DNA of 64,000 nt from Gordius albopunctatus (GCA_964276515.1 OZ193909.1:15128001-15192000); one strand, 5' to 3'. Positions 1-24,095 are shown, numbered from the stretch's first letter. Made by a program: numbers and translations. Notes: a model not told the origin generated them from the letters alone.

Positions 1-692
1 AGCGCATTTATCATGCAAGTTCGGTAGAAATTTACTATGATAATTTATAAATCCTAAAAAGGATCTTAATTCAGATTTATTTGTAGGGGTTTTAAATTTC
101 CGGATTTCTTCTATTTTATCCTCCGTTGGATGTATACCACAATTATCGATTTTATGTCCAAGATATGTTACCGTCTTTTGAAATATTTTCATCTTTTCCA
201 ACTTCGCTTTTACGCCATTTTCTTCCAACCTATGCAAAACTTCATTAAGCGTCTTTAAATGTTCCTCATCATTCTTTCCCGTTATTATTACATCGTCCAA
301 AAATACACCAGTATTATTTAAACCTTTTAATATCCCATCCATAAATCTTTGAAAAATTGTAGGTGCATTTGAAATTCCGAATGGCATCCTTTTATATCGA
401 TAATATCCTTTGTGTGTAGAAATATTAAGATATTGTCTGGAACCTTCTTCAATTTCCATCTGTAAATATGCATCTTTTAAGTCAATGATCGTGAACTTTT
501 CTCCACCCGCTACTTTCGAAACTAATTCATCAAATGTGGGTAACATGTAATTATCTTGCATCAGCCACGGATTAATGGTTAATCTAAAATCTCCACAAAT
601 CCTAACTTTACCATTACTTTTCTTAACATTTACTGTCGGGGTTGCCCACTCAATTTTATAGGTTGATGGATTTATAGGTTCAATTATATCTT
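1..692 (-). mobile_element. Ty3/Gypsy LTR retrotransposon reverse transcriptase fragment (runs off the window start)
   Basis: Minus-strand translation gives FTIIDLKDAYLQMEI...YRYKRMPFGISNAPTIFQRFMDGILKGLNNTGVFLDDVIITG...YLGHKID...ELRSFLGFINY, which are canonical Gypsy RT motifs. Confidence 0.92.
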
Positions 693-738
693 CCGTTGGG
701 ATTTTCCCGCATAGGTTCGAATCCTATCGACCGCGCCA
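692..738 (+). pseudogene. 3' half of a tRNA-Ser-like sequence with CCA end (tRNA-derived fragment)
   Basis: tccgttgggattttcccgcataggttcgaatcctatcgaccgcg-cca has a long variable arm (ggga-ttt-tccc), a T arm (atagg-ttcgaat-cctat), an acceptor 3' strand and CCA. The 5' half is absent. Confidence 0.7.
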
Positions 739-2099
739 TATAAATTAATCTTCAGATATCATAATACTCAGTGTTTATTGAAGTATTCAAATTAATCACA
801 ATAACATATGTGTGTATATATATTATACTCCACGGGATATATATAACATTAATAATAATCAATTGTTAATCACTACACATATACTTTTAGTCACAAATTC
901 TAATTATTTTAGATAAAATGCTTAAATCTGGTCACTTTGTCTCAAGTGATATAGCCTAAAAGGTACAGAATACTAATTATATTTATTCATTTGAAAATTT
1001 ACAAAATATATATACAAATGTGACATTGTTGCTCTAAAAATGTTTAATCCATCTCTGCTCAATAAGTCATTGAGGTTTTGATGATTCAATTTATACAAAT
1101 AAAAAATCAATTATAAGGTCTAAATTTATTGTACATATCTAAAAAATACAATATGCCTGTAATAGAATTGAGTTATTTGAGAGTAATTTTATCTTGTGTT
1201 CTTTTGTTGCTAAATTTCACTATACTCAACTCTTTCATATGTAATAAGTAATTTAAAACTATTTTTGTTAGGCATATCAATTAACTCTTCTTCATCTTCA
1301 TCTCCTCTTAACTCCCTCTCATATTCATGACTACTCATGTAGGTAGATGTAATCATCAGAATCATCAATAACTACTTGATAAAATGTTAAAACTTTTATT
1401 TGTATATACCATCTTAATCTTCAGACATAGAACTATCAAAAATGTTGCACTTTTTAAGATTAGACATATAAAAAAATCAAAAAATGTGGGAAAAACTACA
1501 CAAATAAGCACTTTAAATTACCATGAGGAAAAATTAACATGTGAAAATTAGAGTTTAAAATTTAAATATTTTCAATAAAAAGAAATGTATATAAAAAATT
1601 TCTTCACAAATGGGTTTACGATAATGGGTTTTAATAATATATTTCAAAAAATGTTGATTTTTTTGTTCATATTATGGAAGGTAGGGTCGTGAAAGACCTT
1701 GGGCATCTAAAACACTGTCTATCTTAAAAACTATTGGATAAAAACTAGCCAAATTTTGCAGATATTCTAGGGTAAATTTTGTTAAGCTACTGAAAAAATA
1801 AAATTGTAATATTCACTAATTTTTTTGTACAGCGTTTTTAAACGGCTTTGGGTCATTATTACCCCACCCGACTGACGGAGTGTATAAATCTTTGGCCACA
1901 CCTCATTAGTTCAATTATAAAATTAAATGATATAATCAGCAAAGGACCTTTAAACCATATCCAGCTAAGCGCTTTGACCAGTTTTCGGCTTCTTCGAATA
2001 CTTTCTCCTTTGTTTCCTCGCATAGTACTACATCATCGGCATATAGCATACACCATGGCGATGGCTTTTGAATGTGTTTCGTTATCGTGTCTATAATTA

Positions 2100-2559
2100 T
2101 CTTATATATAAAAATGAAACTATGTATGTGTGTGTATGCCGCCACCAATTTCGGAAAACTACCAGACCGATTTGGCTCAAAATTTTACAGTTTATTCCCC
2201 ACACTCCGGAGCATGTTTTAAGATTTGTACGAGCCAAATCGGTCAAATAGTTTTTGAGGGGTAATGTTTTTTTTGTTTTATACGTTGTTTTATACGTTTT
2301 GGCACTTAATAAAGACGTCATATGACGTCATACGGGATACTATAAAATGCGGCAATCACTTAATAAAATTAAGACGTCATACAAGATACTGTAAAATGCG
2401 GCAATCACTTAATAAAATGTCAATGACGTTATACAGGATACTGTAAAATGCGGCAATCACTTAATAAAATGTCAATCATACGCAACTTCATGACGTCATA
2501 CAGTGATACTGCAAAATGTAAAAATAAATGGCAAAACAACGTTTGCTGGGTTCATCTAG
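2100..2559 (+). mobile_element. Non-autonomous Helitron inserted in the RTE RT region
   Basis: Starts TC(ttatatataaaaatg), ends ...gctgggttcatCTAG, inserted between A2099 and T2560 with no TSD. Removing it restores the frame SPFLFNIIIDTIT. Contains ~50-bp tandem repeats (gatactgtaaaatgcggcaatcacttaataaaat) at ~2315-2520. Confidence 0.9.
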
Positions 2560-2983
2560 TATTAAATAAAAAGGGACTTAAAGCAAATCCTTGATGTAAT
2601 CCAGTTTTAACCCGAAAAGGTTTAGAGTCTCCAACTGTGGTCCTAACACAAGAGTTTGAAGCTTCATAAATATTTTTCATAAGCCATATGCGTCAGGGAT
2701 ATTTTGTTTTCTCAGCACCACCATATTAAATCGCGGAAGACCGTGTCATAGGCTTTCTCCAAGTCGATAAAAACCATTTGTAGGTCTTTCCTCTTTTCAC
2801 CATACTTATCCTTCATTCGTCTTAGTGCGAAGATTGGGTCGATTTGCCGGCCACATATCCAAATTGATTAGCCGATATTTCCACCTCAATTTTCAGCCTT
2901 GTTACTAAGATCCTTTCCAAAAGCTTCAAGGAGTGACAAGTTAGCATGATACCTCTGTAATTGCCACAGTCCTGTCCTGAGGG

Positions 2984-4312
2984 TAGAGAACTGCAAAGTC
3001 ACTTTTTTTCAACCCGAACCCGAAAGTATTTTCAAATTTTTTACCCGGACGCGACCTGACCCGAAATCATTTTCAAATTTTCTACCCGAACCCGACCCGA
3101 AATTATTTTCAAATTTTCTACCCGAACCTGACCCGAAACTTCAACCCGAACCCGACCCGAAAAATTATTAAAACAAATTACTTTCGAGCGCGAAAATTGC
3201 GGTGTAAAATTAAATCGACAAATAAAAGTGCTATTAATGAAACAAACTGTAACCACAGATTTTGTCTAATCAATTTATTTAAATGATTTACTATAATGAT
3301 GTATAAATATAATTGCGTCTACAATATCAAGTCGCAACCTCACCCTTCTCTCTTCCAAAATATTAAGGGATTTGGTATCTGACAAAAGAGATTTTAAAAA
3401 CAATTTGTAGTTTTCTCATCATTTTACTTAGATTCCTCAATAACTATTAAAAAATTAGATCTTTCAATATCTATTAATCTATTTAATTGATAAAAAATAT
3501 AAATATTTTCAGAAGTTTTTTAATCACCTAAGGTGCTTATTCTAGATGTTACCTCAAAAACATTTTCCATAAAGATTATATTATTATATAACTGTTATTT
3601 TAATTTTTACCTCTTCCAGTTCCTCTGCTGTTTATATCTATATTTAGTTTCCTAATATCAAGTAAACTGCTCATATGTTGTAGACTTGAGAAAACTATTT
3701 AATATCCATTTATTATTATTATTATAATATTAATTTTATGCTTTAGATATATTGTCTTAGGGTTAGTTTGCAAATGAAACATATATAAAATTATAACTTA
3801 CTTTTAGGTTGGCTTTTGAATATGTATTAAATGTAATTTAAATTAACGATGAGGATTAGCTAAAACTTCATGGTTAACCTAAAAAAATTTAAAATATAAC
3901 TTTATTGAAATAATTTACCTTTCAATAGTCAAATCAAAAACAGGAGTAATTTATGTAGTTTGAATTATTGATGAGAATTAGCTAGCTAGCACTTCAAAGT
4001 TCGCAGTTTAAATTTAAAAAAAGATGAAGAGAATTAAATGAATGAATGATCCAAATAAGTTGTACATTTCGATATTTAAAGACACTCTTTGCTTACCAAT
4101 TAACATTAATTTAAAAAATAGGTCTCGCGTGTTTTTTACAATGTATAAATCTTGGACCCGAACCTATATATTTGACCCGACCCGACCCAAAAGCATTTAA
4201 AAATTTTCAACCCTAACCCGACCCGAAATTATTTTCAAATTTTCTACCCGGACCCGAAATTATTTTCAAATTGGGTCCGGGTCGGGTCTAGGGTCACCCG
4301 TGTATTTCTCTA
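2984..4312. mobile_element. Non-autonomous hAT element
   Basis: 8-bp TSD cctgaggg (2976-2983 and 4313-4320), imperfect TIR tagagaactgca / tgtatttctcta, subterminal acccga repeats, and a minus-strand remnant ILEERRVRLRLDIVD (~3320-3362) of the hAT C-terminal domain. Confidence 0.88.
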
Positions 4313-5453
4313 CCTGAGGGTCTCCTTTACCTTTAAGTAAGGGGATAATTGTGTTTGCTCTCCATTGATTAGGAATTCGCTCTTCTACCAATATCATGTT
4401 AAGGAGGTTCGTCATGATTAAGACTCCTTCTTCACGACATCCGAGCAATGATTCCATAGGTATTCCACGACCATACTTATGTTTAGCTCCATATCGGGAA
4501 GAGAATCTTTGTCATTTGCAATGTTCATAAGTTTCTTAAAATACATAGGCCTATCGCCCCCTTTATGATCCAGTTTGTTTGCCATCTCGGTGTACGCGGC
4601 ATTCTTCGCTATTGCAACGGCCTTTTTTGCGGCCATATTTGCATCCCTATATTCTTGATAATCCTCCGACTTTTTTGATTTATGCCACCGTCTATAGAGA
4701 TTTTTCTTTCTTTCGATTAAATCTTTAACCGATTGATCCCACCACCATAGTTCCCTATTCATATCTTTGCCTACTTTGGTGTGTCCTAGAACATGAATTG
4801 CTGTTTCCTGTCCTTAGATAGCGTCTCCCTATCTTCATCTACGTCCCTTTGCAACTTCCTTTCACCCAAAAGTGAGGAGGCTTTTTGATGGTATTCTTCG
4901 CTCGTCGACGTATCCTTTAGACTTTCGAATCGAATTCGAGGTTCATATACCTTTCTTATTTCGTGAAATACTCTTCTGTCAAGATCCATAACAAGGGGAC
5001 GATGTTGCCTGGCGATTTCTTACCCCGGTATTACTTTGCAATCCTTGATACTCCATAAGTCCTTTCGCCGTATGAACAGATTCGTCCCACTTTTATAAGT
5101 CACAATATGATCCTCGCGCTTTTGAAAATAGGTGTTATACTTGAAGAAATTTTTCCCCTTCTTTGTTCTTCAGACCATGCCCATAGCCTCCATGATTTTG
5201 TTCATACCCGAGGCGATCTTTCCCTACGTGAGCGTTGAAATCTGCCCCAATAATTAGCCTTTCTTCCTGTCTTATTCCTTGTATTTCCGTATCTAATGAA
5301 TCGAAGAATATGTCTTTATTTGATTCCATACAGCCAATTTAGTAGCCCCCCTTGATCTGCCATCTTCACCCACATGAGCCTGTTGGAACAACGCTTGAAT
5401 TCCACCATCTTGTCCTTGAACAATTCGCTTAGAACGATACCGACCCCGTTTAT

Positions 5454-7152
5454 TTTTTTTTATTTTTTTTTTTTGTTAAAAAGTTTATTTTAAGAAACAA
5501 AGTTACATTAATAAGCGAAATACAAAAATAAAGACATATTGGTTAAATACAAAGATTTATATCATTCTCTTCTAAAATGGGCCATGAGTCGGCAAAGGAT
5601 TTAAAGTTGTATCGTGCAACAAGAATCCCTAGTTGTTAGCTGAGTAAAAAGGACGCAGAAAATTTTAGATTTCATGGTGCGTTTTCCGATTTCTTTAAAA
5701 AACCCCATTGCCTGTTTGCCAAAGGAACCGGAGCACGTGGCAACGACAGGGATAAAAATATTGGATGCCAAAAGAGCAGAATACTTTGTAGTTTTACGCC
5801 CTTCTTCTGTAGCGATAGGGTCGTAATTAAAATGGGAAGGGGCAAAAAGGTCAATACAAGTAAAATCCCATTTGAGGGATAGGCCATTTTGCCAGGGGAC
5901 TAGAGAAGAGCCGTCAGGGTGCATCCTACCTTCAAGGGAGGGATCGGACGGCTCAAGGATTGAGGGGATTTTGGCCTTTTTAAGGGCAGCTTGAATTAAT
6001 AAATTAGCTTTAGTGTGCCTAACGTATTTATATTTGTTTGCTAGGCAGTGTAGAGGGTGCCTAGCATATTCGTCTACAACGGTAAGGCAGTTTTGACAGT
6101 TGAATTCTCTGCTGTAACTAATCCCCAACCTTAAAGCTATGGAATATGATAGCTCAAAGTCTTCAAGCAGCATTCCCAAAAGTTTGCTGGGATAGGCTTC
6201 AAGCCACTCGTGACCGGAACCGTTAAAAGCGAGGGACCTAAGGTTGTAATGCTGGCTATCATCGCTGCTCGATAAGAGGTAATCAACGGAGCGCGATACT
6301 AGTCCAGAATCCCAATCCTTTTGTCTCGTACTTTGAGGTTGGATAGTCTCGGGTGTGACATTCAAATTCCAAAGCTCCAAGGCTTGAGTTAGCAGGGGGT
6401 CGGAATCATGTTTTATGAGATTAAAAATTAAGTTTTGGACCGACTTAAAAGAGGAAATAAAAGCGGCTAGCGATATGCTGCCGGGAGGGCGAATTCCTAA
6501 TCCTCCAGATTTGGTTGGGAGGGATGCTTGAATCCAATTGTTAGTATTAAATTTTAAATTTAAAATTTTTTCTAATAACGTTTTTAAAAAGCCTTCGTAC
6601 GACTTTAAAACGTCTGGGTGTAAAAATGCGCCAGATGAGCGAAAACAATGATTAATCTTTGAGATGTTAAAATAGTTTTTGATTATGTAAAATGAGTGAT
6701 GCGCTGGCAAGCATTTTAAAAGTTCCGTTTTAGATTTTAAAATTTCAAGGTTCTTATGAAGAAAATTTAAGAGAGATTTTTCACCGCCAATGGGTGATCC
6801 CAAAAGGGATATGTTTTCCTTCTCTAAAACTAAAAAAGGTTTAAAAATTGGAAAGTCAATAGTGTTGGGGGCCTGAAAGATTTCACATTTTTTCGAGTTT
6901 AATGTAAGATTCAGAGTGGGTTTAAAATTGTTGATAATTTGTATAGCTTTACTGATCTCCTCCGGGCGGCTACATAGGGTGGCGTCGTCGAGATACCAAA
7001 CATTTAAATCCAGAATACACTGAGATGATATAGCCTCGACTAAATTATGAATGGCTAAACAAAACAAAGGAGGGCTTAATGGGTCTCCTTGTTGGATGCC
7101 TTCGGACGAGTCAATGACGTATTCGCTGAATCGAAGCTTGGTTGTAGAACCA
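5454..7152 (-). mobile_element. 5'-truncated CRE-like (RLE-type) non-LTR retrotransposon
   Basis: Open frame from the truncation point to 5601 with SSEGIQQGDPLSPPLF, WYLDD, LPTKSGGLG, a CxxC..H..HC..RH zinc knuckle and PDG..WDFTC..EGRKTTKY restriction-like endonuclease motifs. Poly(A) tail at ~5454-5474 and a ~24-bp TSD tagaacgataccgaccccgtttat (5430-5453 and 7153-7176). Confidence 0.88.
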
Positions 7153-8340
7153 TAGAACGATACCGACCCCGTTTATACGATTTGGTGATCCACTGTAGAA
7201 TAGTTTGTAGCCTTCTCCTAACTCCCGGGCTTTAGTTCCATTCCACCTCGTCTCTTGTAGGCAGGCGATGTGTACCTTTATTCTTTTTAGCATTTGTGCG
7301 ACTTCGATGCTCTTCCCCGTCAACGTTCCCACATTCCAGCACGCTATTCGCATTCTTTCCACAACTAGTTTCCTTAACCGCCTTCGTTGTGAGTTGGGCT
7401 GTAATCCTAGTGTATTTTTCATGCACGGGTGGGTTATGTAGTGCGCGTCGTTTGTGGAGGACGCCCTAGTCTTCTCTTGTAAAATCTTGTTTGAAACTAT
7501 CATGATTTTGGAGTTGGTTTTTATAGCCGGTTTCCGACCTGACGCCAACCCTTCACTTTTTGCAAAAGGACTTGGGACCGTCGTAGGTATTGTTAATCTA
7601 AAATTAAGCAATATTATGAGTAAATTTTGTATAAGCATTTTAATATTAATTTTGTCAGTATAATCAACCATTGCAAAAGAACATTTTAATAACACTTCGA
7701 GTTATATCAGGCAAAAAAATTTATGTAACAATATCAACTTTTCTTAATTCTAACAAAACCTATTAAAATTAGACAAAACGTTGTACCAACTGTAAGCTAT
7801 TCTTTAAGATTAGCAATTTTGAAGGAAGAAAGTGAGTGGCTTTTAATTTTAACAGATTTAACCTTAAAATATTATTATGACAAGTAAGAAAATTTAATTT
7901 ATTCCAATAAACAAACTTTTTCATATAAATTCCCAAAGGTTTAAAATTTCTCAAAGATAAAATTATAGTTTTCTGATTATCATAACGTGTTCTGAGTCCA
8001 GAAAAAATTAATAATCTTAATTGAATTTTAATGACACTATTTAGGTTATGCGCAAACATTAACCTATACAATTAAGCCAATTTGTTAAAGTGTCATTAAA
8101 CATTTCGATATTGTAAATATCTATTAATAAAAAAAACGAATGTTAAATTTTTCATTATACTTAGATGACACTGACTTACATAAGGGGTGGATTATTGATG
8201 TTATAATAAGAAATGTTAATAAAAATGGTAATCCACGAATAGGGTTTTCAATTAGACTGGAAAATTTAATAAATGATAGAAATTTTTATTATTAAATCTA
8301 ATTACATTGCCTAAATTATACCCTTTAATAATAAACGAAA

Positions 8341-8614
8341 GGCCTGGTCTGGTGATATAGATGGTGATCTTTCGAATCATTAAAGCAGCGATGGTATTAT
8401 AATTGTTCTTTTATCGCTCTAACCGATCGCGGTACGTAAGGAATTATGTAATCATGGTATGGAATATTTGTGGACTGAAATACGATAAAGTATGTGGCTT
8501 TGGGAAAAGTTTATTGATATTATTTTATAATACCACCACCGACGATCGCATAATGACAATTTATTATGCGTGGATCGCACCATGTCAAACCTGGAATCTC
8601 ATTTAAGACCAGGC
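8341..8614. mobile_element. Possible degenerate MITE
   Basis: Terminal inverted gcctggtct / agaccaggc and internal inverted ggtattataa / ttataatacc; no clear TSD. Confidence 0.35.
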
Positions 8615-8884
8615 TGGGATAATTGTCATACAACCATGTTTTAGTCTTAATTGCGTCAAAAAATAATTAAAAAATGACTGGGAAAGGAAGGGGGGAAAGC
8701 GTTTCCCCAAATTTATGGCGTGCCTTCCCGCGCCATATCTTTAGGCTGTCCAAGTGTCAAAGAAGCCTTTAATTTACGAAGTTAATTTAACAAAAGGGAC
8801 CATCCACCATAGAGACGATAAATTCTTTTGTTCAGATCCTATTGATATTCTACCAATAAATTAACAGCGCACACTGCTTATACA

Positions 8885-9375
8885 TAGTGCTTGCTGTAAA
8901 CATTTGTAAAAAAATCGAACGCGTTCACGTTCGTTCAAAATTTTATGATAAATTTTTTTATATTTAATTTAAATAAATGTCTTATATTTTTTAATACAAT
9001 AAATAGCCATGATAAAAAATAATAGTTTTATTTCGACAATATAATTATAAATCAATATAATCTATTTTCTTATTGATTTTTAATAATAATTGTTTTTTAA
9101 AATTGTCGTCTGATAAGCAGGAACGCTTGGCAGTTAATACAGCATTAGCTATACTAAAAACCCGCTCCACAGGGGCAGATGAGGAGATTGGAGGTATTAT
9201 ACTTAATAAACAAATTTTTTAAAGGAGGAATCTTATTAAAAACATTTAATATTTTGTCTCTCGCTTCAAAAAATTGGGACAAGATATCATCCTCCAATCC
9301 GCCCTCTACTTCCTCGTCAAAAAATGATATCTCGGAATTGACAGCTCTTTCATTATCAATTCTAGGGGTTTCAAC
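8885..9375 (-). mobile_element. Truncated copy of the hAT element at 42991-44018
   Basis: Near-identical sequence (tagtgc..tgtaaacatttg...aacgcgttcacgttcg) carrying PISSSAPVERVFSIANAVLTAKRSCLS; cut off at 9375 where another hAT begins. Confidence 0.85.
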
Positions 9376-10590
9376 TAGAGGTCTGCATGGGCCAAAATTT
9401 TAGGTTCAGGCCCGGCCCATACCGGCACAAATATAAATTTTTTGGCCCGCGCCCGGCCCGCAATAAAATCCCAAAAATTGCGCCGCATCAGGCTCGCACG
9501 AGTAAAAACAAGTCTACGCTGTTTCAAAATTATTTATTTGTATAAATTTTTTTTTGTATTGTTCGTGAAATAATTTAAATATAGCATATAAAATCGGTTC
9601 TAATTAAAAATTACAATTTAATATTATCATTTAAAACTAAAAGAGTATATATTCTATCAGGCAATAATTTCTTTCTTCTCTGTTATATAAGACGAACTTG
9701 CCTTACTGAATGTGAGTTTACTCGTAGCCGGTAGCCATTGGAATTGACAAAAACTGACTAGCTTATTTTGGTAAGTTTGGTAACTAATATAAGTTGGTGT
9801 TTCGCCCATAAAAATACACCTAGCTGAGCATCCTCAGGTTTAGATTTGATTTAAGATGTATCAACTTCGTGGAAATCTTCAATTTTTCCGTTTCATCATC
9901 GTCCCAAATAAAAAAAATAGATAATTGCTTAGTGTTGCACACCTGAGCTGGATTAATCATAGTTGGACTACTTATGCAAGAAGATCTAGGTCGGAAGACC
10001 CAGGATTACCGTAGTTTTTAAGAAGTTTCTTTCATACTAGGGTAGCATTTTCATCGTGCGAAACATATAAACAAGAAAGGTTGATATTTTATGATAATTT
10101 TCGATATTAAACTTTGAAATTAGCATAGTTTGGGCTCTTGACTTAAATTTGTAGATAAATCTTTAAGTCAACAGGATCATAATTACACGTAGTTGAAGGA
10201 AACAAAATTGGGATGCTTTTTAATGATGTATAAAAGGGTAATATTTTATAGAGTGTTGGTGTCTTATCCGCTTCTAACTTGATGCTTGCCTTTTCAAAAG
10301 GTAATATACCTTCAAATTTTTCCATTAAATCTTTGCCAGATTAAAAATGACTAATTTATCATACATCTCATTCAAACTTATTCAGATTATGATTTTTGAG
10401 TTCCACCAGATTAGCTTGAAAATAAAAATTTTTTTATTATCATTAAGCTAATAAGTGCATTTTTTGTTTCTATATTAAAATTAGAGTATGAAAATAAATA
10501 ATTTCAAAATTTTCACTTTTCAAAGCCCAAGCCGCGCCAGCACTTTTTTTATTGCTCAATTTTAGGTCCGGCCCGGGCATGCCCTAAATT
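9376..10590 (-). mobile_element. Degraded hAT transposon
   Basis: Begins with TIR-like tagaggtctgca and has gcccggcc subterminal repeats at both ends. Minus-strand remnant LPFEKASIKLEADKTPTL resembles the PFKTASDELEADAKPAI seen in the hAT at 29771-30397. Confidence 0.7.
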
Positions 10591-10838
10591 TTATCAAATT
10601 AATTTTCCTTAAAAAAAGAAAAATTCGCTTTTAAACAATTTTGGGCCATAATAAATTTGACTAGATTTTTTTCATCGCTTAAATCTTTATTGTACGTTTA
10701 TATAATGTCCTAATTTCAATTTCTTCAAAATTAAATTTTATTTCGAATAAATTAGTTTAACTGGTTTGTCTCAAGATCAAAAATTTTTAATTTTCAGATT
10801 ATATTATAAAAGAATAAAATCACAACGATTTAAACTGC

Positions 10839-11010
10839 CATGGGCGTAGACAAGGGGGGGGGGGGTCAGGAAGGGGCAGCTGCCCCCCTCTAAACTCAAA
10901 AATTTGTTAAAATGTATTAAAATTATGGCTAAATTTTCAAATTATGATCATTTTGCCCCTCCCTAAATCATTATTGCCCCCCTCTAATTTTAATGCTGGC
11001 TACGCCCATG
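10839..11010. mobile_element. ~170-bp MITE (CATGGGCGTAG TIR family, hAT-type)
   Basis: TIR catgggcgtag / ctacgcccatg with 8-bp TSD taaactgc. Related copies at ~14520, 18730, 19340-19465, 19696-19842, 23224-23390, 26590-26745 (TSD ccgctttg), 35570-35733, 50840-51004 (TSD gtgacaaa), 54313, 56357-56480 and 59270-59407. Confidence 0.9.
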
Positions 11011-11345
11011 TAAACTGCTACTCTAATCTAATACTATGGAAGAAACCATTTTACTCTCTGATAGTAAATTATTTTTATTACATTTTTATCGCGTTCAGAT
11101 AAATCTTTGCCCTACTCCATTATGGAAAGGATTGGATTATTTATATTTATGTAGTAGCCAAAGCCATTTCATTGTTCGCAATACACTACACATGTGTGCC
11201 GTCTAGACTTAAAGCAAAGGCTCATGCCATTTTCTAACAATGCGCATAATTGTAATTCATTTAATTTCTTAACAACTAAAAAAACACGGTGGAAAAATAA
11301 AGCAAACAAGTCACATTAAAGTTATTAAAGATTATAACTATTTTA

Positions 11346-11919
11346 GGTATCCTAAATTAGCAAGGTTTCAAAAAATACTCTTTGCCATCCCGGCGACGAG
11401 TGCTGCTAGTGAAAGAAGTTTTTCTATCGCAGGAAGATTAATAGAGGAAAGACGCACAAGATTATCCCCGGAAATTGTCGACGATATGAATAAAATATTG
11501 TCATCTCTGTTTGGATCAATATGCCATTGCTTATTTTGTAATAGTGGCTAAAGATTTTTGGATTGGATAATTTCGGGTCTACCGGGAAAATTTTATTAAT
11601 CAGGCCGGGCAGCTCTAATGGTTTGGGCATGGCTGAACCGACACGTAGAAGGGTTCAGGCGGGAAATTTAGTTAAAATTGGACCGGGCCGGGTTCGGGCA
11701 GAAAAATTTTAACTACTCCCACCTCTTTTTGGGACCTCATAAATTCGGGACTAACGGGCAAATTTAATATTTCGGGCCGGGCAATTCGGGCAGCTTTAAC
11801 AATTAGGGCAAGCCCCGGCGGACACTTAGAAGGATTCGGGCGGGCCCGGGCGGCAATGAAGGTAAAAAATTTAGTCGGGCAGGGTTCGGGCAGAAAATTC
11901 TCAACAAATCTGACCTCTG
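11346..11919 (+). mobile_element. hAT transposase 3' remnant and element end
   Basis: YPKLARFQKILFAIPATSAASERSFSIAGRLIEERRTRLSPEIVDD (hAT dimerisation motif), then tcgggc subterminal repeats and a ctgacctctg terminus. Confidence 0.8.
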
Positions 11920-12956
11920 CTACTTATACACCCTTAAACCATAATCCACCGTACCCATTTTTAATATAATTTACCATTTGGAAGCAAGACTTTTCTGGTG
12001 ATATGGTCACTGGAATTTTAAACTATTTATGTTTAGGCTCAACTATTATTACCTCTTTTTAATTGAAATTTTTTTATTAAGTCGATCGATTTTTTTAATT
12101 TAAAATGTGAGTTTTGACATGCCACTATGTGTAATATGTGACTAACATTTTTAAAATCTCAATTATCTCCAGGCAACATTGCTCGATCGAATTCATATTA
12201 TTATACTATATAGTACCTTGGTCCCAGCAAAGTCATATTAGAAATGTGACTGAATGATGCGTTTCAGAATACTTTTAGATATTATTATGGCTTCTATGAC
12301 GAAGAAAGTTTTGTGCAATGACTATTAATGAGATTGTAATATTAAATAAATCTACGATGTTTTTGTCATTAAAATTTTGTCACTTTTGAAAAATCTGTTG
12401 ATATTGTATAAAGAATGCATATTTAAAACTTGTGATAATTAAAAGATTGGTGGAATGTTTGAAATCATACTATAAATAACGCATAATTAAATTAATGGTC
12501 TTAAACTTATATTTGTATTTAACCACTAATCTTACTGTTGTCTTTCAAGGACGAAGGAGTTTCATATGCATCAGCTTGAATAATTCACGATACTTCATTT
12601 TAAAACATAAATTCAAAAAAGTGAGTTTCGGGCATAAATATTTATGTAGTTAAACTAAATTTCATATTTTTGACTTGGAATCATACAAAAAAAGAACCAA
12701 TTCGCGAAGTTATTGGGGATGGATTGGAAAAAATATTACTAATTTTGTCGAGGGATTTGATGGGATTATGATGACTATTGCGGTTACGCGCAATTAAACA
12801 AATTGGATATGAATGGTCTATGCTACTGCCGTTACGTGTATAGTCCGTATACCACATTGCATAATTGACGCATCTTAATTTTTTGTTAGCGGGTAACATA
12901 AAAATTTTACCCCGTCACAGTTAAAATTTCACCTCACTCGAAGGGAGGCAGTTATT

Positions 12957-23720
<10,764 letters not shown>

Positions 23721-24095
23721 GTAAATCCATATGATAAAACGAATCTTGGCAGAATTTTTTTAGTAAAATTTATTTATTTCCAAATCATTATAATCATACA
23801 TGCTAAAATATATTGAATTAATGAGCAGGCAGGGAGATTTCTAATTAAGTCATTAAAAAGGTTACTTATTAAATTGCTGTTTGCCCTAGATATTACTGTT
23901 GGAATAACATTATTTTATAAGTAAGATATGAGCGACATTGCCTATAATATAAAGATTCATAAAAGAAATTTAATAAAAAAATATTTTATTTCGAAAATTT
24001 ACAATAGACTCGACTATATGCAACAGTCGTATAGATTTTTTTTGCTGCGTACTCTAAAAAATAAAATATAATATCTTTGCGATAATCGGTATTAG

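Larger units (their letters stand above)
1935..7580 (-). mobile_element. RTE-clade non-LTR retrotransposon (APE endonuclease + RT), degraded and split by three nested insertions
   Basis: APE motifs MRIACWNVGTLTGK..LQETRW..KLFYSG..NGVGIVL (7153-7353) and LIIGADFNAHVGK (5135-5329); WWWDQSVK (4418-4762); IIPLLKGKGDPQ; RT motifs GLHQGFALSPFLFN and PWCMLYADDVVL (1935-2630). Confidence 0.9.

Noticed and set aside
820..1890. Possible piggyBac-like remnant ending gggtcattattacccc...gacggagtgtataa
   Set aside because: No matching second TIR, TTAA pair or transposase motif could be established.
8165..8300. Possible upstream exon of the FRMPD-like gene (LHKGW...)
   Set aside because: The frame closes with a stop, and there is no convincing WW motif or compatible splice donor.
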